In this document: positions 39,101 to 46,259 of the stretch, one piece after another
How positions within the stretch are numbered: the first letter of the stretch is position 1
How the letters are laid out: every line of letters starts with the position of its first letter
From: Clostridia bacterium
GTDB lineage: Bacteria; Bacillota; Clostridia; Christensenellales; Aristaeellaceae
Reading direction: 5' to 3'
Assembly: GCA_017523615.1 (NCBI GenBank)
Contig: JAFWWK010000007.1
Coordinates: forward strand, 5,582 to 69,581
DNA length: 64,000 nt
Program-made: the position numbers and the translations under genes
Notes under the pieces: model-generated
The model's input: only the letters and a program-made list of their open reading frames with translations
The model's database searches: none
What the model was told of the DNA's origin: nothing

Positions 39101-39450
39101 TTGAACTCGATGCCGCCAGAGATCCAGGGTCCGGTCAGACCAACCAGGGCGGGCTTGATCACCTCGTTATAATACACAAAATCGTAGCCGTTGGTCTTGT
39201 CATAGGCTCTTTGGATGCGCCCGCCCAGTTCGGGCAGTACCATCACCCTGATGTAATCGTTTTCCAGCCACACGGCGGTATAGGACCTGTCTTCCTTTTC
39301 ATCAAGGATCCTGTCGATCACCGGCAGCGGGTACACCTTGCCGCTTGAGCCCTGATACACCCGTTTTTCAAGGAACATCGGGTTTTTATCGGCTTTCCCC
39401 ACGCCGTAAGTGGGGATCATCACTTTTTCCGTACGAACACTGGCTTTCAT
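36184..39450 (-). CDS. DUF5107 domain / TPR-repeat protein (1088 aa)
   Basis: The N-terminus IPTYGVGKADKNPMFLEKRVYQGSSGKVYP matches DUF5107 as I recall it. The C-terminal ~600 aa are TPR-like helical repeats. The start abuts the GH35 stop. Confidence 0.75.
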   Translation of the reverse strand: MKASVRTEKVMIPTYGVGKADKNPMFLEKRVYQGSSGKVYPLPVIDRILDEKEDRSYTAVWLENDYIRVMVLPELGGRIQRAYDKTNGYDFVYYNEVIKPALVGLTGPWISGGIEFNWPQHHRPTTFSPVDYRTVENADGSVSVEMSEVDQMYGTKGKMTFTLYPDRAYIEIRGQLYNRTNLPQTFLWWANPAVAVNDMTQSVFPPDVCAVYDHGKRDVSRFPIATGVYYKHDYGAGVDISRYKNIPVPTSYMCAHSDYNFVGGYDYGADAGILHIADHHVSPGKKQWTWGCGDFGQAWDRNLTDGNGPYIELMTGMYCDNQPDFAWLKPFEEKTFTQYFMPYKAAGYVKNASRECVLNLEVKDGMARIVVYTSRKFEKARVILTARGGIVYDRTCDLSPVSVLKDEVAVSIPETMLTLTVYASGGRKLLEYTPLSPKIEKIPDPMPPARQPEEILTNEELYLTGLHLEQYRHATYLPDPYYLEALKRDPGDIRANNAYGTLLLRRGKFAEAEKYFRAAIVRMTERNPNPYNSEAYLNLGLTLRYQGRDDEAYDAFFKAVWTAAEQETGYYHIACIDARRGEYDLALEHIERSLVKNGHNLKARALKGLILDSLGRETEAEEWFDENLCLDAFDYVSRIESGDIEGAMKLMNGRVSSFIECAIDYAEAGYYADAIFILECCPEPTPMVWYYLALYACLNGDAEYAAQALQNAAEADPMYCFPNRLEDIAALLYAARNNEKDARAPYYLGCLWYDKRQYEDAIACWERSAGIDGEFPTVWRNLSLAYFNKRGEREKAKRCMELAYALDETDARVLLELSQLYEKLNFSVEDRFAFLDTHRETAFRRDDLYTEYCTLLNDLGRHEEALELIMARTFHPWEGGEGKVTAQYAASLTQLGIRALNAGDPAKAKSLFERALVFPHNLGEGKLEGVRDNNIHYYLGLAERALGRETEALRQLEAAATGDEEPASAMYYNDQPADMIFYQGLASRALGREERARSRFYKLISYGEKHYYDRVKIDYFAVSLPDLQLFEEDLSLRSRAHCEYLIALGSLGLGNMDRARECFDAALEINCGHQGAIMHRQLLPAPMR

Positions 39451-41658
39451 CTATCTGTCCTCCTTATGTGGCATGATGCGCTGTTTTCCTTCCGGGATCA
39501 CAGCATCGTCCGCAAAGACCAGCTCGGCCGACAAAAGCTCCGCCTCTTCCGTATCCGCCTTTTCCTCAAGGCCCGCCATGGCGGAGACATCTACCGTGAT
39601 ACCGGTCCTGACGGGGGTCAGGTATATGACCAAAGGCTGCTCCTTTAAGGCTTCCGCATAGGGATCCAGGCGGATGTCCCATTCGCCGCCGTTGCAAAAA
39701 TTGTCGGAGATCAGTTCATTGGCTGCAAACGCGTTTCCGATATCGCCTTGATACCGCACCCGGAGCAGCGCCCTTTTGTGGCCGGGCAGGGTTTCAGCCG
39801 GCAGGTCCATCACATACCGTCCCATACCGGTCCGCCGCCAGGAAACCGGTTCCGGATGAAGCCCGCTGTCGGCGCGGCAGCACAAAATGAACTTTCTATC
39901 ACCCTCCGACCATATATAAACATCCGCTGCGCCGCACTCCATTTCCGCTTTCAGTTCCTCCCCGTCCCACAGAAGCGGCCTATCGCACAGCCAAGCTGTT
40001 TCCCGATACACCCAAAGGTTTCCGGCGTCCCGCCTTGAAAGCGTCATGACCGTCTCGTTTCCCGCTCGGAACGCTTCCCCAGCCCGGGTACGGATCTCCT
40101 GGCCCCGGAAGCAGTAAACCGGCTCCATCCCGTCCGGAACCATAAAAAACCATGTATCTCCAACGTGCGCCAGGGGCTGTGCGGAGGCCCAGTCCAGCAT
40201 CGTGCCGCCGACCGTCATGCCAAAAGGCAGGATGGCATTTTCCCCCGCGGCGATATCAAAACGGAAGGTAACTTCCCCGCCCGGCAGGACCAGGCGCACC
40301 TCTTCTCCGTACCGGGCGCGCATATCGATATGGTCCTGAAAATTGCTGACAAACAGGAAGCCGCTGTTCCCCTTCACCCGCGCCGAAAAGCGCAGCGGCT
40401 CCAGGTCCCCGGGCTGTAATTCTTTCAGGTGTTCCGGCAGGACGGTCTTTGTTTCCTCCAGGAAGCCGGAAAACAGACTGCAGAACATATGGATGGCCTT
40501 CAAGCGTCTGTAACTTTCCCTGACCTGTCCGAACTCACCGACAGCCGCCTGGTAATCATAGCTGCGCCTGGGCACCTGTCCTTCGTTCAGATAGGGCGTC
40601 AGCCGGCCGGTGGGGGTAGTGCCTCCCCTGTACATATAATAACCCAGCAGGTTGCAGCCGCTGCCCAGCTTGGTATTGGCCAGAGCGTCGACAGCCCGCA
40701 TATCCAGGCGGAACCGGTATTTGTAGCTGCACATCATGCCGCCCATCATCTCGCAGCAGGCATAGGGACGGCTCTCCGGGTCGTAGGAGGGTTCAAAATT
40801 GTATTCCTTCGTGACTGCGCTATTGTGGTTGTCCCGATAGATATATTCCGGGGTGGCAGGATGGACGCCGGGTTTATTATAAAACAGCCAGGGCTGATAT
40901 GAATACCCGCCCCAAAGGGGCAGGGCCTCGTTCGTCGGCGTCACCGCGCCGCCCCAGGCTGTCGCGGTATAGAAGGGGGTCACGATGCCCTCCTCCAGCA
41001 TGATCTTTTTCAGCGCCAGCATATAATCCATACCCGAATGCCCGCTGGTGATCCACTCGTTGGAAACACCGGCGGTCATCTCCCACGGAGCGCAGGAATG
41101 CCGGTATTCGTTTTCGATCTGGATGCCCACGATACAGCCGCCCTGGCGATAATAGTGGCCGTCCATCTGCCCGTGAATGGCACGGAAATACTTCCGCACG
41201 GCTTCCAGGAAGCCCGGATCGTTTTCCCGCACGTCATAGGGTTTTCCGTACAGCCAGTCAGGCAGGCCGCCGTTGCGCATCTCGCCATGATCAAAGGGAC
41301 CAACGCGCAGGATCACCATCATATGATGCTTTTCACAGACCTTAAGAAAGCACCTCAGGTCCCGGCATCCGTCGAAACGGAAAACGCCTTCCTCTTCCTC
41401 ATGGACGTTCCAGAACACATAAGCGGACAGGATATTGACTCCTCCGCAGCGCATTTTGACGATACTGTCCTCCCACTGGTCGGGAGCGACGCGGGAGTAG
41501 TGCAGTTCCCCGCTGATACCAAAGAAAGGCTTCCCGTTCAATGTCATATAGTAATTTGTGAATCCGACCTTCCGCCCGTCCGGGGCGCAGCCCGAAAACT
41601 TCTCCCCCAGGGAGAAGATCCTCTTCTCAGGGACACGGGATAGATCCAGCGTGTACAT
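39451..41658 (-). CDS. glycoside hydrolase family 35 beta-galactosidase
   Basis: 735 aa. Motifs GISGELHYSRV, GVNILSAYVFWNVHEEEEGVFRFDG, GGLPDWL and IQIENEY. No signal peptide. Confidence 0.9.
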   Translation of the reverse strand: MYTLDLSRVPEKRIFSLGEKFSGCAPDGRKVGFTNYYMTLNGKPFFGISGELHYSRVAPDQWEDSIVKMRCGGVNILSAYVFWNVHEEEEGVFRFDGCRDLRCFLKVCEKHHMMVILRVGPFDHGEMRNGGLPDWLYGKPYDVRENDPGFLEAVRKYFRAIHGQMDGHYYRQGGCIVGIQIENEYRHSCAPWEMTAGVSNEWITSGHSGMDYMLALKKIMLEEGIVTPFYTATAWGGAVTPTNEALPLWGGYSYQPWLFYNKPGVHPATPEYIYRDNHNSAVTKEYNFEPSYDPESRPYACCEMMGGMMCSYKYRFRLDMRAVDALANTKLGSGCNLLGYYMYRGGTTPTGRLTPYLNEGQVPRRSYDYQAAVGEFGQVRESYRRLKAIHMFCSLFSGFLEETKTVLPEHLKELQPGDLEPLRFSARVKGNSGFLFVSNFQDHIDMRARYGEEVRLVLPGGEVTFRFDIAAGENAILPFGMTVGGTMLDWASAQPLAHVGDTWFFMVPDGMEPVYCFRGQEIRTRAGEAFRAGNETVMTLSRRDAGNLWVYRETAWLCDRPLLWDGEELKAEMECGAADVYIWSEGDRKFILCCRADSGLHPEPVSWRRTGMGRYVMDLPAETLPGHKRALLRVRYQGDIGNAFAANELISDNFCNGGEWDIRLDPYAEALKEQPLVIYLTPVRTGITVDVSAMAGLEEKADTEEAELLSAELVFADDAVIPEGKQRIMPHKEDR

Positions 41659-41808
41659 GGACCATCACACTCCGTTTTCTGCTCTTCTGCGGTTAGACCG
41701 ATGAAAAAGGCACTGTCCCCGCCTTTGCATCGGTCCGGCCGTTATTTTCCGTCATGAAAAACGGGGACATGATCCCCCTTAAACCGTATCGGACACTGGT
41801 TTATGTAT

Positions 41809-41837
41809 ATGATACCATAAACGGCGGAGGATGTGAA
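41809..41837 (-). promoter_or_regulatory. sigmaA-type promoter (extended -10) for the GH35 operon
   Basis: Minus strand: TTCACA (41837-41832), 17 nt, TATCAT (41814-41809), preceded by TGg. The leader to the ATG at 41658 is about 144 nt. Confidence 0.5.
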
Positions 41838-41902
41838 CCCCCGCCGGACCCCGGCCATAAGCCGTTTTATGAACGATCCCTGAATATTCGCGTTTGCTTT
41901 CG

Positions 41903-43669
41903 TCAGGACGGTTTCACGCTGATCAGCAGATGATTGAGTCCCAGGGCGTTCGTGTAAGAAACCTCCGAGGCAAGTCCGCGGATCATCCGAATGCCGTTGT
42001 GCTCTCCCGGGATGTCGGGTTCCCGCAGGTATTTTGTCGGGTCAAAACCGCGGCAGTCGTCATGGAACCGAAGTACCCAGCCGTCGGTGTTCTTTTTTAC
42101 CCGAATATCTATGCTGTGGGGCCTGCCGTCATCAAACCCGTACCGCACGATATTGTCTGCGATCTCCTCCACCGCAAGGGAAAGGATCCCCGCTGCCCTC
42201 TTTGACGCCCCCTCCCTTTCGCAGTACGAGGCGACCATCCTGGAGCAATCCATCACCTCATCGGCGGAATGGCACGACGTGTCCAGTCCCGGAGCCGTTT
42301 CTCCCCGGAAAGCCGGAGGCAGAAGCATCAGCACTTCCGGAAAACGCTTCTCCCCGCTCTTAAAGCGCAGGGCGGCAAACATGATCAAGAAAGCGAGGAA
42401 CTCTCCTGCCGGGAAGGAAAGCCAGATGCCCGGTATGCCGATCAGCCCGTTCAGCACAAAGAGGCATACCACCTCACAGCCCAGGGTGTGCATGAATGTG
42501 AAGACGATATTGCACACCTGCATCTTCATGCTCTGGTAGTATCCTCTGAGGGCCATGTTGACGCTGCGGAAAATGATCGACAGCGAGAAAAGGCGCAGTC
42601 CCATGACAGCGGTGCCAAAAGAACTGTCCCCCGCTTTATAGAACATGGTCATGATGGGAGCGGCGGCAAGCAGCGCGAGGAGGATGATCGCACCATTAAA
42701 AAGAGCGGAATACTTCACAGCCGACCTCATCAGACTCTTCAGGGAAGCTCCATCCTCTTCCTTTCCGTAAAAGCCGGTCAGCGTGGATACCGTGTTCCCG
42801 ATAGCGGAAGACATGCATTGCAGAAGCGACAGCGCGGACAGCGTCGAGGCATATACCGCCAGCAGATCCGAGCCGTACCTGCGCGTGATAAAGTTGTTAT
42901 AAATATATCCCAGAGCCGTGATCATCAGTTGTTTGACCACATAGATATAACCGTAAACGAAGATGTCCTTCACAAAGGCAAAACGGAACAGACCCGGCGC
43001 AAAGCGGAACAGGCGTTTTTTTCCGCGGCGCAAAATGAACACAACGCCAAAACCGGCAAGCTGGCTGACAGCCGTGGCGGCTCCCATGCCCCAGAGCCCC
43101 ATATGGACCACATAACCGTTGAGCAGGTCCAGCACGACATCGACCGCCGCCATCAGGGCAAAGGACAGTATCAACTGCTTTTTTTTGCCGCTGACCAGTG
43201 CGGTTCCCGACAGCACGGCAAAGAGCAGGTACGGAAGGATGCCCAGGACGTTGCCCCGGATATATTCGGCCGTGGGTCCCTGAAGATGCTCCGGCGCACC
43301 GGCCAGCCTCGCAATGTGCCCTGCCGCTGCCAGATACGTAAGCGTCAGCATCCCGCCCAGCGCAAGGGATAGTACGACCGCCGTCGAATAAGCTCCGTCG
43401 CGTTTTTTTTCGTCCTGTTCGTTCGCGTTTCTGGAGAGCAGGACGGATACGCCCGTCATAAGGAACCCGAACACCGCCATTTCGATGCTGGTCGCCGTGT
43501 TGGCGAAGGAGAAAGCAGCCATCGCTTCCGATCCAAGACTTCTCTTGATCACAACAGCGTCGATCACGTTGGCGATGATCTGAGAAATGAAAGAGAGCAT
43601 CTGCACGCCGATCAGGCTTACAAACAGCTTTTCCACCGTATCACGTTTTTTTGTCCGGAACACAGTCAT
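41903..43669 (-). CDS. MATE/MOP-like 12-TM protein fused to a C-terminal RsbW/SpoIIAB-type GHKL ATPase (anti-sigma-kinase-like) domain
   Basis: 588 aa. The first ~440 aa are polytopic and MATE-like (LFVSLIGVQMLSFISQIIANVIDAVVIKRSLGSEAMAAFSFAN). The last ~140 aa carry an N-box AVEEIADNIVRYGF, G1 HDDCRGFD and G2 NGIRMIRGLASEVSY. The ATG overlaps the upstream stop (ATGA). Confidence 0.8.
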   Translation of the reverse strand: MTVFRTKKRDTVEKLFVSLIGVQMLSFISQIIANVIDAVVIKRSLGSEAMAAFSFANTATSIEMAVFGFLMTGVSVLLSRNANEQDEKKRDGAYSTAVVLSLALGGMLTLTYLAAAGHIARLAGAPEHLQGPTAEYIRGNVLGILPYLLFAVLSGTALVSGKKKQLILSFALMAAVDVVLDLLNGYVVHMGLWGMGAATAVSQLAGFGVVFILRRGKKRLFRFAPGLFRFAFVKDIFVYGYIYVVKQLMITALGYIYNNFITRRYGSDLLAVYASTLSALSLLQCMSSAIGNTVSTLTGFYGKEEDGASLKSLMRSAVKYSALFNGAIILLALLAAAPIMTMFYKAGDSSFGTAVMGLRLFSLSIIFRSVNMALRGYYQSMKMQVCNIVFTFMHTLGCEVVCLFVLNGLIGIPGIWLSFPAGEFLAFLIMFAALRFKSGEKRFPEVLMLLPPAFRGETAPGLDTSCHSADEVMDCSRMVASYCEREGASKRAAGILSLAVEEIADNIVRYGFDDGRPHSIDIRVKKNTDGWVLRFHDDCRGFDPTKYLREPDIPGEHNGIRMIRGLASEVSYTNALGLNHLLISVKPS

Positions 43670-44166
43670 TCTTCTTTCAGGATGCGTGCCAGGTCCTCAC
43701 GGATGAAGTCCGGCAGCCAGTCTTTATGCCCCTCAAAATCCTCCCGGATCGCCGTGGAATTGTACAGCCTTTCGCAGATCCGAAAAGAAATGCCGGGGAA
43801 TTCGTCCCGGGTCGCCTCCACCAGCTTCACGCCGTCTTCCCCGACCCATATCTCGTCGATCGGCTCGTTCAGCATCTCCTCAAACAGGTGAATGTACGTC
43901 GCAAAGATGCTCCCAGTATAGGATTTCCCTTTGAAATCGTCTGTGGAAAACATATGGATGTGGATCCTGTGATCCCGGTCGGCGCTGATCCTTTCAAACC
44001 ATTTCATTTTCATCTCGCGGCTTGCCAGATCAACGCCTTCGTTGTAGCGGACAAACAGATGCAGTTCCTTCCTTATTGCCAGGATCCTGTCGATCGCCGC
44101 CAGGTGCCCGTTGTGCGGAGGGTTGAAGGAACCCATAAAGACCACGACTTTTTCTTTTTCACTCAT
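43666..44166 (-). CDS. NadD/NMNAT-like nucleotidyltransferase (HxGH family)
   Basis: Start set at MSEKEKVVVFMG (RBS GGGAGGGGGTGGAG). Motifs GSFNPPHNGH and NSTAIRED (ISSTxIR-like). Confidence 0.75.
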   Translation of the reverse strand: MSEKEKVVVFMGSFNPPHNGHLAAIDRILAIRKELHLFVRYNEGVDLASREMKMKWFERISADRDHRIHIHMFSTDDFKGKSYTGSIFATYIHLFEEMLNEPIDEIWVGEDGVKLVEATRDEFPGISFRICERLYNSTAIREDFEGHKDWLPDFIREDLARILKEE

Positions 44167-44182
44167 TTCTCCACCCCCTCCC

Positions 44183-45358
44183 TCAGCAGAGGTCGTTCTT
44201 TTCAAGATCCGCCTTCAGCGCGTCCAGGCCGGGAAACAGGACGGTCCGCGCATCCTCCAGGGGCTTCCAGGACAGGTAGTTTTCAAGGCCCGGAGCGATC
44301 GCGTACATGACCGCCAGCTTCAGGTGGGCGAAGCGGCGGATCAGGTCTTCCTTCCGTTTGAGTTCGCTTTCCGTTTCACCGGGGAAATAAAGCCGAAGGG
44401 CCCTGTCCCACAGCCTGCGGCAGACGTCCGTATCGATGCCCATGCCCGCCTTGATAAAGGCCGGCTGATAGGATCCCACGAGGATATGGGAAACATACAT
44501 GCCCGCAAGGTCAAAGATGGGATGCCCGCGGGAAACGTCCCCCAGGTCGATCAGCATAAGTTCGTCCCCCTGGAACATCAGGTTATTGGCGTGATAATCC
44601 CCATGCAGCATCGTATCCCTGTCAGGCACGCTGTCGATCAGGCCGTGCAGCGCCTCCATTTCCGTTCCGTTCAGGAACTCTGAAGAGCCGTCCACATACC
44701 CATGATATATCTCTTTGGCTTCCGGAAGGTCGCCCTGCCCCACCGATGTATGATTGATCTGTTTCAGAAGACCGGCGTACAGGGCCGCCAGTTCGTCAAA
44801 CCTCTCCGGCGCCTGGTCCAGTTTCCTGGAAAACTCCTCTGCCCCGGCCATTTCAAAGATGATGCCGTAGCAGTCGTCTACCTGAACGATATCATAGGAG
44901 ATCACGGTCGGGATACCGGAAAGGAGTACCTTCTGTGCGTATTTCCTCTCCCGCCGGATCAGATCGATGGTCACCTTCTGGTTGAATACTTTGACGACCC
45001 GGTCTTCGTCCAGGCGGTATATCATGCCGACCGTTCCCTTTGCCATCAGTGCGCTGTCATCCAGATGGATCCGTTTGAAAGCCTTCTGAACATCCATCAG
45101 AGCGGTCAGTCCCGTTACCTCAAAGATGTCATAGACCGTCTGCGATGCGCCGAAGCAATGTACTTTGCATCCGGACTTGACAACGGTGATCAATGCGCGA
45201 AGCCCTGTGCTGGATATGTATTCCAGTTCTTCGCAGTCTATGAACAACTCTTCCGCGGACTGTTCCCTGATTGCTGCCGAGATCTTTTCATACCATTCGG
45301 CGGTGTTCGTCGTATCCAGTCTTCCTGACAGCTTGATATTCAGTTTTTTCGTCGCCAT
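44183..45358 (-). CDS. STAS (anti-sigma-factor-antagonist) domain fused to an APH/choline-kinase-like phosphotransferase domain
   Basis: 391 aa. The N-terminal ~100 aa are STAS (LSGRLDTTNTAEWYEKI...FIDCEELEYISSTGLRALITVV...VYDIFEVTGL). The remainder is a kinase fold (GTVGMIYRL..VVKVF; LHGDYHANNLMF; MLIDLGD). Confidence 0.8.
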   Translation of the reverse strand: MATKKLNIKLSGRLDTTNTAEWYEKISAAIREQSAEELFIDCEELEYISSTGLRALITVVKSGCKVHCFGASQTVYDIFEVTGLTALMDVQKAFKRIHLDDSALMAKGTVGMIYRLDEDRVVKVFNQKVTIDLIRRERKYAQKVLLSGIPTVISYDIVQVDDCYGIIFEMAGAEEFSRKLDQAPERFDELAALYAGLLKQINHTSVGQGDLPEAKEIYHGYVDGSSEFLNGTEMEALHGLIDSVPDRDTMLHGDYHANNLMFQGDELMLIDLGDVSRGHPIFDLAGMYVSHILVGSYQPAFIKAGMGIDTDVCRRLWDRALRLYFPGETESELKRKEDLIRRFAHLKLAVMYAIAPGLENYLSWKPLEDARTVLFPGLDALKADLEKNDLC

Positions 45359-45447
45359 CCGAGGTTCAGCTCCTTTTCAGCGGCAATTCACTGCGGGCAG
45401 TTCCTGACGCAGTCCTTCAAAGTCGCCCTACATCGGTATTCTACATC

Positions 45448-45476
45448 ATGATACCACAGATGCCAAAGGATGTGAA
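45448..45476 (-). promoter_or_regulatory. sigmaA-type promoter (extended -10) for the STAS-kinase operon
   Basis: Minus strand: TTCACA (45476-45471), 17 nt, TATCAT (45453-45448), preceded by TGg. The leader is about 83 nt. Confidence 0.5.
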
Positions 45477-45586
45477 CCCTGTCATATATCTGTCACAAAC
45501 AGGATCTTCGGTTTTATACGCGTGTGATCCGTACGTCCCCCACACAGCAAAACGCGGAGTGCCGCATATCCGCCGGCCCTCCGTGT

Positions 45587-46258
45587 TCAAGTATCGATCA
45601 GTTTTCCAGCATCCATGCGCAAAAGGACATCGGCGTAATCAGCAGCTTCCGGGTCATGCGAGACCACAAAAACCCCTTTTCCCTTTTGCGCCGTTTCCTC
45701 CAGGATCCTAAGCGTTATCGCCGTGTTCTCATCGTCAAGATCGGCGGTGGGTTCGTCCGCGAATACAAAATCCGGTCCCGCGGTCAGGGCGCGCACAACG
45801 GCCATGCGGCGAAGCTCCCCGCCGGAAAGTTCACCGGGCCAGGCATTCCGCAGCCGCAGGATCCCCAGACGTTCCATGAGGGTCTCCGCCTGGCGGACGG
45901 GCGGCGCAGATCCTGCCAGCGCGGCGGGAAACAGGATATTTTCCATCACCGTCATTGAAGTGATAGCTGAGGCTCCCTGCGGGATCACCGCAAAGTGCCT
46001 TGCTCGCAGCTGTGAAAGCCCGGCGTCGGACAGGCTGTACAGATCCTTCCCGTCAAGCGCCACGGTCCCTTCGGACGGAGTCAGCAATCCGGCCAGCATG
46101 GTCATCAGCGTCGTTTTTCCGCTGCCCGAACGTCCTGTCAGGACCATCATCTCACCGCTGCGCAGCGTCAGGTCAGCATGATGTACGGCTTCAAAAAAAT
46201 TGGCGTCTCCGGTATTGCGCCGAAACCGCCTGGCCAGGCCGCAAGCGGCAAGTTCCAT
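45587..46258 (-). CDS. ABC transporter ATP-binding protein (MacB/LolD-type)
   Basis: Walker A GRSGSGKTTL, signature LSGGELRR, Walker B VFADEPT. RBS GGGAGGGAG. Confidence 0.9.
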   Translation of the reverse strand: MELAACGLARRFRRNTGDANFFEAVHHADLTLRSGEMMVLTGRSGSGKTTLMTMLAGLLTPSEGTVALDGKDLYSLSDAGLSQLRARHFAVIPQGASAITSMTVMENILFPAALAGSAPPVRQAETLMERLGILRLRNAWPGELSGGELRRMAVVRALTAGPDFVFADEPTADLDDENTAITLRILEETAQKGKGVFVVSHDPEAADYADVLLRMDAGKLIDT

Positions 46259-46259
46259 A

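Noticed and set aside
41809-45479. The two 32-mers as att-like direct repeats of a mobile cassette.
   Set aside because: No integrase, transposase or recombinase is present. The repeats have exact -35/17-nt/-10 geometry on the coding strand of the downstream genes, so promoters are the simpler explanation. This is kept as a low-interest finding rather than called a mobile element.
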